Assembly (NCBI GenBank): GCA_963827685.1
Contig: CAWHBU010000004.1
Coordinates: 1 to 64,000 of the forward strand
Reading direction: 5' to 3'
Source: an uncultured delta proteobacterium
GTDB lineage: Bacteria > Desulfobacterota > BSN033 > UBA1163
DNA: 64,000 nucleotides
Shown here: piece by piece, positions 30,701 through 40,024 of the stretch
Layout: the number at the start of each line of letters is the position of its first letter
Position numbering within the stretch: position 1 is the first letter of the stretch
Position numbers and translations under genes: made by a program
Notes under the pieces: model-generated
The model's database searches: none
The model's input: the letters and a program-made list of their open reading frames with translations, nothing else
Told to the model about the DNA's origin: nothing

Positions 30701-31309
30701 AAGACCTGAGATCTTGACTTCAGAAATAATCTCCGAAGAAGTCATCTCCAGCAGGGCCTTGGCCGCCGCAAGATAGCCGTCGCGCCAGATATAGTCATCG
30801 ATCCGGTCAAGATCAATCAAACCCTTATTATGAAGCACCAAGGATTGCTGAAGGGCAAAAAATTTAAGCTGTGAGATGTGGGGGATGATTCCTTCTAAAG
30901 CCGATTTATTTGGCATTGGTTCTTCGTTGACCGCTTTGCCCCGCGCGAGGGCAAGGTCGACTTGAACCTTGCCGCCCAGCATGTGCTGTTTGAAGATCTG
31001 CTGGGCTTTCTGGTCGTCAACCCGTTGATAGATTACCGGCTCCTGACCCAGGAGTTCCACCGTTACCAACGGCTCCTGGTTACACAGCCCGATACAGCCT
31101 GAGCTACTGACAGCGATATCCGACCGGCCGCATTCCGATATTTCTTGGAGCAATCGATCCATTATGTTCTGGGCGTCTGAAGCAAGTCCGCAGGTACCCA
31201 TGTGAACCGTTATTCTTCCCACGGTGCCGTCCTTGCGGAGTTCTCTTTGCTCCCCGACTCGATTCCTGATGGCCTTTAAATCCTCCAATGTCATCTTCTT
31301 GGCGGCCAT
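27722..31309 (-). CDS. Fusion: Trx-like [2Fe-2S] + degenerate NuoF/HydB + GltD-like FAD oxidoreductase + C-terminal receiver domain
   Basis: AGGAG SD before ATG 31309; VHMGTCG/GCIGLC, SGLRGRGDGGFPTG, QLGGPSG, CQHLCP..VCGHDC, GAGPSG, then ILLVDDD..MILDVMM..LLTS..EKP. Confidence 0.85.
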   Translation of the reverse strand: MAAKKMTLEDLKAIRNRVGEQRELRKDGTVGRITVHMGTCGLASDAQNIMDRLLQEISECGRSDIAVSSSGCIGLCNQEPLVTVELLGQEPVIYQRVDDQKAQQIFKQHMLGGKVQVDLALARGKAVNEEPMPNKSALEGIIPHISQLKFFALQQSLVLHNKGLIDLDRIDDYIWRDGYLAAAKALLEMTSSEIISEVKISGLRGRGDGGFPTGIMLEFCANSREDVRYVLCAADEADPAAFVSRSVMEADPHAVLEGMIIAAKAIGAHQGYIYCRDEYALAVKKINLAIDQARAHGLLGKDILNSGFDFDIEVHQGAGVSVCGEKTALMGAIEGGHGMPRPPLPAALGLWKKPTLHNNAETYINLPRIILLGGEAYADIGTESSKGTKLFSLTGKVNNAGLIEVPMGTSVGEIVFDIGGGIPRRKKFKAVQLGGPSGACIPPEHLNIPIDYDALAKVGAIMGSGGMTVIDEDTCMVDMVRSFMNFCRDKASDKSISCRVETMRMIEILQRICLGNGREGDIEGLEDQAQKIRETAFCALGKTAPNLILSTIRYFRHEYEAHILDKCCPAAVCSELFKSPCQHLCPVDMDAPAYIALIRAGRLDDAYKVLKWTNPFPSVCGRVCGHDCQTKCRRGQLDEPVAIMHLKRFITDNAKRPKTEPLPIIRKEKVAIIGAGPSGLTAALELKKRGYGVTVYEALPEAGGMLRWGIPAYRLPRNELDREIEDILQIGVQLQTNTRVGRDITFEELDRSFDIIYLATGAQKSSSLNIPGEDAEGVFGVVEFLRAYHLGRGIKVGKKVAVIGGGISAVDAARTAIRLGAKKVTLYYRRERNDMPVQAWNIKAAEEEGVRIMVQVAPVRVITQYGKVTGLELTQTRPGKFDQSARRQPKPILGSEFIEKAETVIFAIGRVADLDFLSTGSGIERNRTTVKVDKNLRTTHAKVWAGGDVVTGPAMVVDAIKAGQTAARAIDTSIRVTHGEKPWIAPAEEMIGIPLRVDEEPVEQPQIPMPEGPPKVRRTDFREVELGYTLEMACAEACRCLRCDAAGGFDDSAHPFPKGDNMATKGEILLVDDDPDFRDSLLIILENYGYTVRTAANGTEALEALKVKKPDLMILDVMMATDTEGFDLAYDLKKKPGFKDLPIILLTSFLEKVRKEGPDKFQHITGEEWPARWMFEKPVDTKKLMAKIEGILAGG

Positions 31310-31838
31310 GTCATTCTCCTGATCTCTGTGCAGATACACCCAACAGTTGCGTAAAAAACATTCCAAAAGGTAGTTGGGTGTGCCGGGAAACCTTTACAGC
31401 GGGACCATTGAACGTTTTGGTACTTCGTTTCCAGATAAATTTCAAAGGTCACCTGAGGTCACGTCGCATGTTACCCATAAAACATAGTAAAGAACCGCTT
31501 GGTAAAGGTTGGGAAGCACACTTAACTACCTTTTCAATGCAACATTTGGGTACATTCACGGTTTGTTTCTTTCCCCCGTTTCGCATCATACAGAGGTTCA
31601 CAAGTGGACCAAAATTCTTTCAGAAAGGAAATTTCGACAGGATCGCAAAAAACGATCTTCCTTTCTGTAGGCTTGCGTTAACCGAAACACTTTCAAATTA
31701 ACATTTTGGAGATAAGATCTCAAGACAAATTCGCAATAATAGGGGAGATAAAAAAGCTTAACTCATTAGAATCATTTAGCTCTCAATGCCTCGATATTTT
31801 CCCAAAAATCTGATATGATTTTTTACAGGAGGGTATCT

Positions 31839-33719
31839 ATGGATGTGAAAGAGACGGATGAAATGAGAGAGAAATACCCAGAGAAATTTGTGTCAGAAGA
31901 GAGGATATTCAGCCATATCCATCGAGGGGACAGAATATTTATAGGGACGGGGTGTGGTGAGCCACAATATCTTGTCCTTGCCCTCATCCGTTATGTCGAG
32001 TCTCACCCCACTGCCTTTTATGATGCCGAGGTTTTTCAAGTATGGACCCTTGGCCTTGCTCCTTACGCAGAGGAACGATTCAAATCAAATTTCCGGCATA
32101 ACTCTTTTTTCATTTCGAACAATACGAGAGCGGCGGTCAATCAAGGAGTTGCCGACTATACCCCAATATTTTTGTCGAAGGTTCCAGACTTAATTTGGCG
32201 CGGTCTTGTCCCCATCGATGTCGCTCTCATCCAAACCTCCCCACCCGATGACCATGGCTACATGAGTCTGGGAGTGAGCGTTGATATTGTCAAGGCGGCC
32301 GCAGAAAAAGCTTCCTTGGTGATCGCTCAGGTTAATTCAAATATGCCACGTGTTCACGGAGACGGGTTCATTCATATCGAAGATGTGAATTTTATCATCC
32401 CCCGTGATGAACCGGTATTGGAATATGTTTCCGAAGCAGATAGTGATACGGCCCAGGAGATCGGGAAGTATGTTTCCCGTTTGATCAGGGACGGGGAAAC
32501 CATTCAGGTGGGATACGGAAGCATACCTAATGCGATTCTTTCAAACCTTTATGATAAGAAGCACTTAGGCGTCCACACGGAACTTCTGACGGACGGCATC
32601 GTCACGTTGATGAAAAAGCGTGTGATCGACAATACAAGGAAAAGTATCCATCCCGGAAAGGCCGTCGCTGCATTCTGCATGGGCAGGAAAGAGACCTATG
32701 AATATATCCATGATAACCCCGCCGTTGAATTTAGAACGATCGACTATACGAACAATCCTCTGGTCATCGCCCAGCATCATCGTATGACGGCGATCAACAC
32801 GGCTCTGGAGATTGACCTGACGGGTCAGGCCACTGCGGAATCCATCGGGAAGTTGTTCTATAGTGGGGTCGGAGGCCAGGCTGACTTTATGAGAGGTGCG
32901 GTTTTGTCGCCTGACGGCAAAACCATTCTCGCCATACCATCCACGGCGGAGCGGGGGACTATTTCAAGGATCGTCCCTTTTCTGAAGGAAGGGGCGGGTG
33001 TGACACTTCATCGAGGCGATGTTCAGTACGTGGTGACCGAATATGGGATTGCCTACTTACAGGGGAAGAATGTCCGGGAGCGTGCCATGGAATTAATCTC
33101 CATCTCCCATCCGAAATTCAGACCCTGGCTGATCGAAGAAGCGAAAAAACTCAATCTTATCTATCGAGATCAGGCATTCATCCCGGGAAAGAAAGGGGAA
33201 TACCCCGAGGCCTTGGAAACCCATAGAACGACAAAGACGGGTACGGAGATCCTTCTCCGGCCGGTGAGGATAAGCGATGAGCCTCTCCTCAAAGACTTCT
33301 TCTATTCTCTCTCGGAGAACAGCCTCTACCGCCGGTTTATCTCGGTGAGGAAGGATATGCCCCACGAGCGCCTTCAGGATTTTGTGGCCATTGATTTTAC
33401 ACGAGAGATGGTTATTCTTGCCGCGATTCAAAAAGAAGAAAAGGAAGTGATCGTAGGCGTCGGACAGTTTGGAATTAACCAGGAGATCCATACGGCAGAG
33501 GTTGGATTTGCGGTGAGGGACGATCATCAGAACCAAGGAATCGGAGCAGAGTTACTCTCCTACCTTACCTATCTGGCGAAGAAACAGGGGCTCCTTGGTT
33601 TCGATGCAGAGGTGTTGGTAGAAAACAGGCCCATGCTCCATCTCTTTGAGAAGATGGGATTCGATATCAAGAAGAGGCGCGAGGAAGGGGTGTATGAACT
33701 GGAGATGACGTTCCGATGA
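31839..33719 (+). CDS. Acyl-CoA hydrolase/CoA-transferase (Cat2/ACH1-like) fused to a Pat-like GNAT domain
   Basis: LGVHTELLTDG, SGVGGQADF, VVTEYGIA; C-terminal LRPV..SDEP.L..FF..LS..SLY.RF, QNQGIG, ENRPML.LFEKMGF; SD AGGAGG. Confidence 0.88.
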   Translation: MDVKETDEMREKYPEKFVSEERIFSHIHRGDRIFIGTGCGEPQYLVLALIRYVESHPTAFYDAEVFQVWTLGLAPYAEERFKSNFRHNSFFISNNTRAAVNQGVADYTPIFLSKVPDLIWRGLVPIDVALIQTSPPDDHGYMSLGVSVDIVKAAAEKASLVIAQVNSNMPRVHGDGFIHIEDVNFIIPRDEPVLEYVSEADSDTAQEIGKYVSRLIRDGETIQVGYGSIPNAILSNLYDKKHLGVHTELLTDGIVTLMKKRVIDNTRKSIHPGKAVAAFCMGRKETYEYIHDNPAVEFRTIDYTNNPLVIAQHHRMTAINTALEIDLTGQATAESIGKLFYSGVGGQADFMRGAVLSPDGKTILAIPSTAERGTISRIVPFLKEGAGVTLHRGDVQYVVTEYGIAYLQGKNVRERAMELISISHPKFRPWLIEEAKKLNLIYRDQAFIPGKKGEYPEALETHRTTKTGTEILLRPVRISDEPLLKDFFYSLSENSLYRRFISVRKDMPHERLQDFVAIDFTREMVILAAIQKEEKEVIVGVGQFGINQEIHTAEVGFAVRDDHQNQGIGAELLSYLTYLAKKQGLLGFDAEVLVENRPMLHLFEKMGFDIKKRREEGVYELEMTFR

Positions 33720-33994
33720 GATGGAGATAAAAGCAATGTCAAGCGTGAAATAATGACTTGAGTAGAAGATCAGGCAGGGATATCTTCAAAGCTTTACCAA
33801 ACGATCATTTTGCAGGTAAGGGTCATTGGCCACGTTAGATAACCGACATTGCAAAGCTTTTGTACCTTGTTATTAATCCTGGAAAAGGTGTCGCTGTAAA
33901 GCTTCTCCGATACCCCTGCCCGACCTCCTTGTCTCATAAAAATTTTGTCACACCTTCCCTTTTTCAAAGGGGAAATTTTGATTTTTATTTGACA

Positions 33995-34795
33995 TTAGTA
34001 GATCTGACCCGGGAATGAATTGACCTTGAAATCTTCACCCAGCTTCTTATACATTTTGGGGCTTTCCCATTCCTCGTCAAAGGCCTCAACGAAAATGCCG
34101 TCATAAATGGCCCAACTCCTTCCCCGAACCGTTTTCTCCATCCCCTTTCTTCGAAAAGGGGTTGAATCATCCAGTTTTTCGTAAAGCAATCCTCCAGGCT
34201 GAAACTCCTGGTGGATCCTTTCCATCATCTTGCCGCCTTTGAAGTAGGTAAAACCATGTCTCTCCCACAATATGGCATTGTGATAAAAAAAAGCACCCAG
34301 GCCAATGAACTTAAGACCGATTGATGCGGCAAAGGTTTCCACACACGTCAGGGACTCCCCGAGAAGCTTTAACCCCTGCCTGACCATGCCGGGGGCAAGA
34401 CCGGCCTCCATGGCCCGAACCTCTTCAGGGATATTCCTCGATCGTGCACCGAAAAAAGTTTCCTTTCCAAATTCGTCAACATCTACATTGAATCTCTCGG
34501 GAAATGGGTTGTTAATGATTAGAAAATCGATATAAACGCTCTTCATAAAGGGATCCAAAGAAACCTGTAGGGAGAAGATGCAATCTTTATCATCGGGCTT
34601 GTATTTGACCTCGATACATCCAAAATTTTCATCAGTAGGAAAGATACCCTTGACGACCCTCTCGCCATAGGTGTTCGTCAATGTCTTAGGGTCTATCTGA
34701 TAGGTACGAAAAATGGTAGGCGGGATGAGCTGGAGGTAAAGGGAATCTCTGTCTTGCTTGGGGAGTTTATTTAGAACCTCTAAGGAAAATACCAT
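33995..34795 (-). CDS. Conserved protein with GNAT-like motifs, downstream of acs
   Basis: RNIPEE.RAMEAGLAPGMVRQGL and YHNAILWERHGFTY resemble acetyl-CoA-binding motifs A and B; open 266 aa. Confidence 0.6.
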   Translation of the reverse strand: MVFSLEVLNKLPKQDRDSLYLQLIPPTIFRTYQIDPKTLTNTYGERVVKGIFPTDENFGCIEVKYKPDDKDCIFSLQVSLDPFMKSVYIDFLIINNPFPERFNVDVDEFGKETFFGARSRNIPEEVRAMEAGLAPGMVRQGLKLLGESLTCVETFAASIGLKFIGLGAFFYHNAILWERHGFTYFKGGKMMERIHQEFQPGGLLYEKLDDSTPFRRKGMEKTVRGRSWAIYDGIFVEAFDEEWESPKMYKKLGEDFKVNSFPGQIY

Positions 34796-34812
34796 GAGAA
34801 GAGCCCATCTCT

Positions 34813-34852
34813 AAAAAAATGCCTGCCCCCATTATGTCAAGAGGGCAGGCAT
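34813..34852 (-). terminator. Intrinsic terminator after acs
   Basis: ATGCCTGCCC/GGGCAGGCAT stem followed by a 7-U tract on the minus strand. Confidence 0.75.
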
Positions 34853-34883
34853 CCTGTCAACGCATATTATAAGGTGCTTTTGG

Positions 34884-36860
34884 CTAAAGCCTTTCATCAA
34901 CGAGCTGTTTCACCACGCTTGGATCCGCAAGGGTGGAGGTGTCGCCCAGTTCCTCAATTTTGTCTTCGGCGATCTTTCTCAATATCCTCCTCATGATCTT
35001 GCCGCTTCTTGTTTTAGGAAGGGCATCCGCAAATTGAAGTTTGTCGGGTAACGCGATCGGGCCGATTACCGTCCTCACATGGGCCACCAGGTCTTTCTTG
35101 AGCTTGTCGCTCTTTTCTATGCCGGCCTTCAACGTAACGAAGGCATAGATCCCCTGACCCTTGATATCATGGGGGTAACCGATCACTGCTGCCTCTGCCA
35201 CGGAGGGATGTGACACCAGTGCGCTCTCCACTTCGGCTGTTCCGATTCGATGCCCCGACACGTTGATGACATCGTCGATACGACCCATGAGCCAGTAATA
35301 CCCATCTCCGTCTTTGCGCGCTCCGTCGCCGGTAAAGTACTGCCCCGGAAACATTGAGAAATAGGTATCTTTGAATCTCTTATTGCCTGTATCATTCCAA
35401 AACCCTCTGAGCATGCCAGGCCATGGTCTGGCGATGACAAGAGAACCTCCTTCGTCCGTTCCGCATTCGCTCCCATTCTCCCTGAGGACTTTCGGAACCA
35501 CTCCGAAAAATGGAATCGTGGCCGATCCGGGTTTCAGCGGAGTGACGGGGAGAGGAGAAATCAGATAGCCGCCTGTCTCGGTCTGCCACCAGGTATCCAT
35601 GATCGGGCACTTCTCCTTCCCAACATTCTTGTAGTACCACATCCAGGCTTCCGGATTGATGGGTTCCCCCACGGAACCGAGAATTTTGAGGCTTGAGAGA
35701 TCTCTCTTTTCCACCCACTTTTCGCCCTCTCTCATCAAGGCCCTGATGGCTGTCGGGGCGGTATAAAATTTACTGACCCGGTACCTCTCTACGATCTCCC
35801 AGAAACGGTCAGGATTAGGAAAGGTGGGAACCCCTTCAAACATCAAGCTGGTACCGCCGATTCCAAAGGGACCATACACCACGTAGCTGTGGCCGGTGAC
35901 CCATCCGATATCGGCCGTGCAGAAGAATACGTCGTCGTCTTTGATGTCAAAAACATACTTGAGCGTCTGGGCGCAAAAGACGAGATAACCTGCCGTGGTA
36001 TGAATCACCCCTTTGGGTTTCCCCGTGCTTCCGCTCGTATAAAGGATGAAAAGGATATCCTCGGCATCGACCTTGGCGGGATCGCAATTGGGTGTAATGT
36101 CCCCTTTCGCCATCTCGTCATGCCACCAGACGTCCCTCTCTTTGTCAAAAGGTATCTCGATTCCCATCCGTTTGACAACGATCACTCTCTGGATAGAGGG
36201 GCATTCCTTGAGGGCCTGGTCTGCGCCGACCTTACTCCCGACAGTCTTTCCGCTTCTGTAATAGCCGTCCGCCGTGATCAGGAGCTTTGCTTCGCAATCA
36301 TTAATCCGATCCCTGAGTGCCTCGGCACTAAAGCCTCCAAAGACCACGCTGTGAATCGCTCCTATTCTTGCACAGGCAAGCATAGCAATGGGGAGTTCGG
36401 GAATCATCGGGAGGTAGATGGAGACTCGGTCTCCCTTTTTAACTCCATGCTTTTTCAAGACATTTGCAAACTTGCAGACATGATAGTGGAGCTGCTGGTA
36501 GGTGAAAACCCTGCTCTCCTCGAGAGGTTCGCCCTGCCAGATCAGAGCCGCTTTATTTCCTTTTCCTGCCTTGATATGTCTGTCAAGACAGTTATAGGAT
36601 ACATTCAACTTGCCGCCGACAAACCACTTAAGTTCGGGTTTGTTGAAGTCCCATTCAGAGACCTTCTCCCATTTTTTGAACCATTCGAGCTCATCCGCCA
36701 TCTCACTCCAAAACTCATCAGGCTTGTCAACGGACTTTCGATACAATTTCTTATAATCCGCCATGCTCAAATACGCCTGCTTCTTGATCTCCTCAGAAGG
36801 CTCAAAGACCCGGCTCTCCTCCATCATGGAAACAATATTACCTTTACCTTTCTCGGTCAT
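34884..36860 (-). CDS. acs: Acetyl-CoA synthetase (AMP-forming)
   Basis: [61 protein letters not shown] with the acetylatable Lys. Confidence 0.97.
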   Translation of the reverse strand: MTEKGKGNIVSMMEESRVFEPSEEIKKQAYLSMADYKKLYRKSVDKPDEFWSEMADELEWFKKWEKVSEWDFNKPELKWFVGGKLNVSYNCLDRHIKAGKGNKAALIWQGEPLEESRVFTYQQLHYHVCKFANVLKKHGVKKGDRVSIYLPMIPELPIAMLACARIGAIHSVVFGGFSAEALRDRINDCEAKLLITADGYYRSGKTVGSKVGADQALKECPSIQRVIVVKRMGIEIPFDKERDVWWHDEMAKGDITPNCDPAKVDAEDILFILYTSGSTGKPKGVIHTTAGYLVFCAQTLKYVFDIKDDDVFFCTADIGWVTGHSYVVYGPFGIGGTSLMFEGVPTFPNPDRFWEIVERYRVSKFYTAPTAIRALMREGEKWVEKRDLSSLKILGSVGEPINPEAWMWYYKNVGKEKCPIMDTWWQTETGGYLISPLPVTPLKPGSATIPFFGVVPKVLRENGSECGTDEGGSLVIARPWPGMLRGFWNDTGNKRFKDTYFSMFPGQYFTGDGARKDGDGYYWLMGRIDDVINVSGHRIGTAEVESALVSHPSVAEAAVIGYPHDIKGQGIYAFVTLKAGIEKSDKLKKDLVAHVRTVIGPIALPDKLQFADALPKTRSGKIMRRILRKIAEDKIEELGDTSTLADPSVVKQLVDERL

Positions 36861-36897
36861 CTACATAACCTCCTCTCAAATTTTTACTCGTAGCACT

Positions 36898-36959
36898 TTG
36901 TTATTAAGTTCACAAGCGCTCAACAGCCTAAATATACTGCATAGGAAACTTTTTTTCAA
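36898..36959 (-). promoter_or_regulatory. acs promoter with a downstream Rex-like palindrome
   Basis: Minus strand TTGAAA-17 bp-TATATT (36931-36959); TTGTTAT-TAAG-TTCACAA at 36898-36915. Confidence 0.5.
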
Positions 36960-37246
36960 GTGGGAGAACCATTTTTTTTTCACCGAGAGGAATGATTAAT
37001 CTTAGGAACACGAAATTCAAATGCACTTTGTTGCAGATGTATCTGATTAGATTAGTGGTTTTAAAGGTGGGGCTGAAGCGAGATTGGAGAATGTTTCTAC
37101 GGTGATATTGAGATTACTTAAATTACGACGTCGTACTGTCTTAGACGTTAATCGTTTCCCTCTTGTGAGAATGTGTGGTGAACGAGAACACTATTCATTA
37201 TAGGTATGGAAGAGACCTCACATCGTTGATCTTTGCAAAATTTTTC

Positions 37247-37275
37247 TTGACAAAAAAGTGCCAATTTCGTAGTTT
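37247..37275 (+). promoter_or_regulatory. Putative nuo operon promoter
   Basis: TTGACA-17 bp-TAGTTT about 40 bp before nuoA. Confidence 0.55.
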
Positions 37276-37316
37276 GTTGCGGGACAAAAAATATTTTGTA
37301 AAAAACGGGGACGATC

Positions 37317-37673
37317 ATGTTGATTGAATATCTTGCCATTCTCATCTATATTGCCATCGCTGTTGTTTTTGCCCTCTTCGCCATCGTCGCTTCCGCTCTC
37401 TTAGGCCAGAGAAAACCCACCGCTCTCAAGCAGGCACCCTATGAGTGCGGGATGACGACCGTTGGCTCAAGCTTCCGCAGGATACCCATCAAGTACTACA
37501 TCATCGCCATGCTTTTTCTCCTCTTTGATATTGAGGTGGTTTTCCTCTATCCCTGGGCAGTGGTCTTCAAAGAGTTTAAGGTCTTTGCCTTCATCTCAAT
37601 GGCGGTCTTCATTGGAATTTTACTCATCGCCTATATCTACATCTGGAAAAAAGGAGCATTGGAATGGGAATAG
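37317..37673 (+). CDS. nuoA: Complex I subunit A
   Basis: [38 protein letters not shown]. Confidence 0.97.
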   Translation: MLIEYLAILIYIAIAVVFALFAIVASALLGQRKPTALKQAPYECGMTTVGSSFRRIPIKYYIIAMLFLLFDIEVVFLYPWAVVFKEFKVFAFISMAVFIGILLIAYIYIWKKGALEWE

Positions 37674-38170
37674 AAACTTACCTTGAAAAAACGGCTTTTA
37701 TGCCTGCTTTGGATTGGCTCGTCAACTGGGGTCGAAAGTATTCGATCTGGCCGGTGACCTTTGGCTTAGCCTGCTGCGCACTGGAGATGATTGTCACCAG
37801 TTCAGCGACGTGGGATATCTCTCGGTTTGGTTCAGAGGTTTTCAGGCCTTCCCCCCGGCAGGCAGATTTGATGATCGTTGCAGGGACCTTGACCAAAAAG
37901 ATGGCTCCTATGGTTAAACGCATCTATGAACAAATGCCAGAGCCCAAATGGGTCATTGCTTATGGAGCCTGTGCCTGCTCAGGCGGAATCTTCAAAACCT
38001 ACAGTGTGGTGCAGGGAGTGGATCAAATACTACCTGTGGACTTCTATGTCCCAGGTTGTCCACCCAGACCTGAAGCTTTGCTCACAGCGATTGTGAAGCT
38101 CCAGAAGAAGATCGAGAAAGAGACGCTTGCGAATCGAAAGAACGTTCGCAGCACCCTTGAACTGAAATAA
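37664..38170 (+). CDS. nuoB: Complex I subunit B
   Basis: [34 protein letters not shown]. Confidence 0.97.
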   Translation: MGIETYLEKTAFMPALDWLVNWGRKYSIWPVTFGLACCALEMIVTSSATWDISRFGSEVFRPSPRQADLMIVAGTLTKKMAPMVKRIYEQMPEPKWVIAYGACACSGGIFKTYSVVQGVDQILPVDFYVPGCPPRPEALLTAIVKLQKKIEKETLANRKNVRSTLELK

Positions 38171-38186
38171 GGATAAGAGGAAAAGA

Positions 38187-38675
38187 ATGGCCGAAATCAA
38201 TCTCACGGTAAAGAAGTTGCAGGGGAAATTCCCGGCCTCCGTCTTGGAGGTAAAGACATTTCGGGATGAGGTCAACGTCACCGTTCAGAAGAAAGACATT
38301 TTTGAAATCTGTAAATTTCTTTATTCCGATCCAGATCTCCAATACCGGATGCTCACCGACCTCTGCGGCGTGGATTTCTTTCCAGAGTCCCCCCGTTTTG
38401 AAGTGGTTTATCTTCTCTATTCGATGAAGGAACAGCAAAGGCTGAGACTGAAAATAAAAGTTGGCGATTCTGAATCGGTTTTAAGTGTGGAGTCCATCTG
38501 GAAAGCAGCCGACTGGTTGGAAAGGGAGGTCTATGACCTCTTTGGGATTTCCTTTGACAACCATCCCGATTTGAGGAGAATTCTCCTCTGGGATGGTTAC
38601 GAGGGTCATCCCTTGAGAAAGGATTTTCCGGTCGAGGGACCGGATTTTGACAAACCCTTCGTTCCCGAGGTTTGA
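38187..38675 (+). CDS. nuoC: Complex I subunit C
   Basis: WLEREVYDLFGI.F..HPDLRRILL...GHPLRKDFP. Confidence 0.97.
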   Translation: MAEINLTVKKLQGKFPASVLEVKTFRDEVNVTVQKKDIFEICKFLYSDPDLQYRMLTDLCGVDFFPESPRFEVVYLLYSMKEQQRLRLKIKVGDSESVLSVESIWKAADWLEREVYDLFGISFDNHPDLRRILLWDGYEGHPLRKDFPVEGPDFDKPFVPEV

Positions 38676-38676
38676 A

Positions 38677-39849
38677 ATGGCAGAGACACGGTTAATGACC
38701 ATCAACATGGGACCTCAGCACCCGGCCACTCACGGGGTTTTGAGGCTTGTGTTGGAATTGGATGGAGAGGTGATCGTTAAGGTCGTCCCCCATATCGGCC
38801 ACCTGCACCGGGGGGTTGAGAAACTGGCTGAAAGTAAAACGTATCACCAAGTCATTCCCCTCACCGACCGTTTGGATTATACGAATGCGATGGGTAATAA
38901 CCTGGGCTATGTGTTAGCCGTGGAAAAACTATTGGGCATTGAAATCCCCAGACGGGCTCAATATCTTAGAGTGATGATGGCTGAGCTTCAGAGGATTGCT
39001 GCCCATCTTATCTGGTTGGGAACGCATGCCTTGGACATCGGCGCCATGACCCTCCTCTTCTACAACTTTCGGGAAAGGGAAGAGATCCTGAGAATCTTTG
39101 AGGAAGTGGCAGGAGGGAGGCTCACCCCTACCTACATGAGAATTGGCGGAGTTTCAAAAGACCTTCCAGATGGCATAGAAGATAAGATCAAGGAATTCGT
39201 TCAGGCCTTTCCAGACCATATCAAAGAATATGAAACGCTTTTGACGAAGAATGTGATCTGGTTGAAGCGGACGAAAGGCGTTGGGATCATTTCGAAAGAG
39301 GATGCGATCAACTGGGGCATGACCGGGCCAAGCCTGCGTGGCTCCGGAGTCAAATACGATGTGAGGAAGGCCTTTCCCTATTCGAGTTATGATGAGTTCA
39401 ATTTCGATATCCCCATCGGCTCAACGGGGGATGTCTACGATCGGTACATCGTGCGGTTGAGGGAAATGGAATGGTCGAATGCCATTGTGAAACAGGCATT
39501 GGAACGGCTGCCCAAGGGACCTATTATCGCGAACGACCCAAGGATCACCCTTCCACCCAAAGACGATGTGACAAGAGACATCGCTTCATTAATCCGACAG
39601 TTCAAAATCGTCTCCGAAGGCTTCCAACCCCCGAGAGGCGAGGTCTATGTGAGCGTGGAGGCTTCTAAGGGAGAGTTGGGATACTATCTCGTCAGTGATG
39701 GATCGAATAAGCCCTTGCGGATGAGGATTCGACCGCCCTCTTTCTTCAATCTCAGTGCCCTTCCCAAAATGGTTGAGGGAAGTTTGATCGCTGATGTGAT
39801 TTCGGCAATTGGCAGCATTGACATCGTCCTGGGGGAAATCGATCGATAA
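38677..39849 (+). CDS. nuoD: Complex I subunit D
   Basis: INMGPQHPATHGVLRL, LHRGVEK, DRLDY, IDIVLGEIDR; no Ni-binding CxxC motifs. Confidence 0.97.
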   Translation: MAETRLMTINMGPQHPATHGVLRLVLELDGEVIVKVVPHIGHLHRGVEKLAESKTYHQVIPLTDRLDYTNAMGNNLGYVLAVEKLLGIEIPRRAQYLRVMMAELQRIAAHLIWLGTHALDIGAMTLLFYNFREREEILRIFEEVAGGRLTPTYMRIGGVSKDLPDGIEDKIKEFVQAFPDHIKEYETLLTKNVIWLKRTKGVGIISKEDAINWGMTGPSLRGSGVKYDVRKAFPYSSYDEFNFDIPIGSTGDVYDRYIVRLREMEWSNAIVKQALERLPKGPIIANDPRITLPPKDDVTRDIASLIRQFKIVSEGFQPPRGEVYVSVEASKGELGYYLVSDGSNKPLRMRIRPPSFFNLSALPKMVEGSLIADVISAIGSIDIVLGEIDR

Positions 39850-39852
39850 AAG

Positions 39853-40013
39853 AAAATGTCAAATGTCAAAGCTCGCACGAAGTGATGAACCGAAGGTGAA
39901 TCAAGTTCAAATCACTGTCAAATACCAAAGTTCAAATTTCAAGAATTGAGTTTTGGCATTTGGAATTTAGATTTCATTTGTCATTTGGATTTTGACATTT
40001 AGCATTTGACATT
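39853..40013. repeat. Heptamer-repeat palindrome (AATGTCA / TGACATT type)
   Basis: aaatgtcaaatgtcaaag...tttgacatttagcatttgacatt between nuoD and the sfrB-like gene. Confidence 0.75.
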
Positions 40014-40024
40014 GTGAGGTACAC

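Noticed and set aside
39853-40013. CRISPR array suggested by periodic repeats
   Set aside because: Units are 7-8 nt and degenerate, with no repeat-spacer structure and no cas genes in the window.
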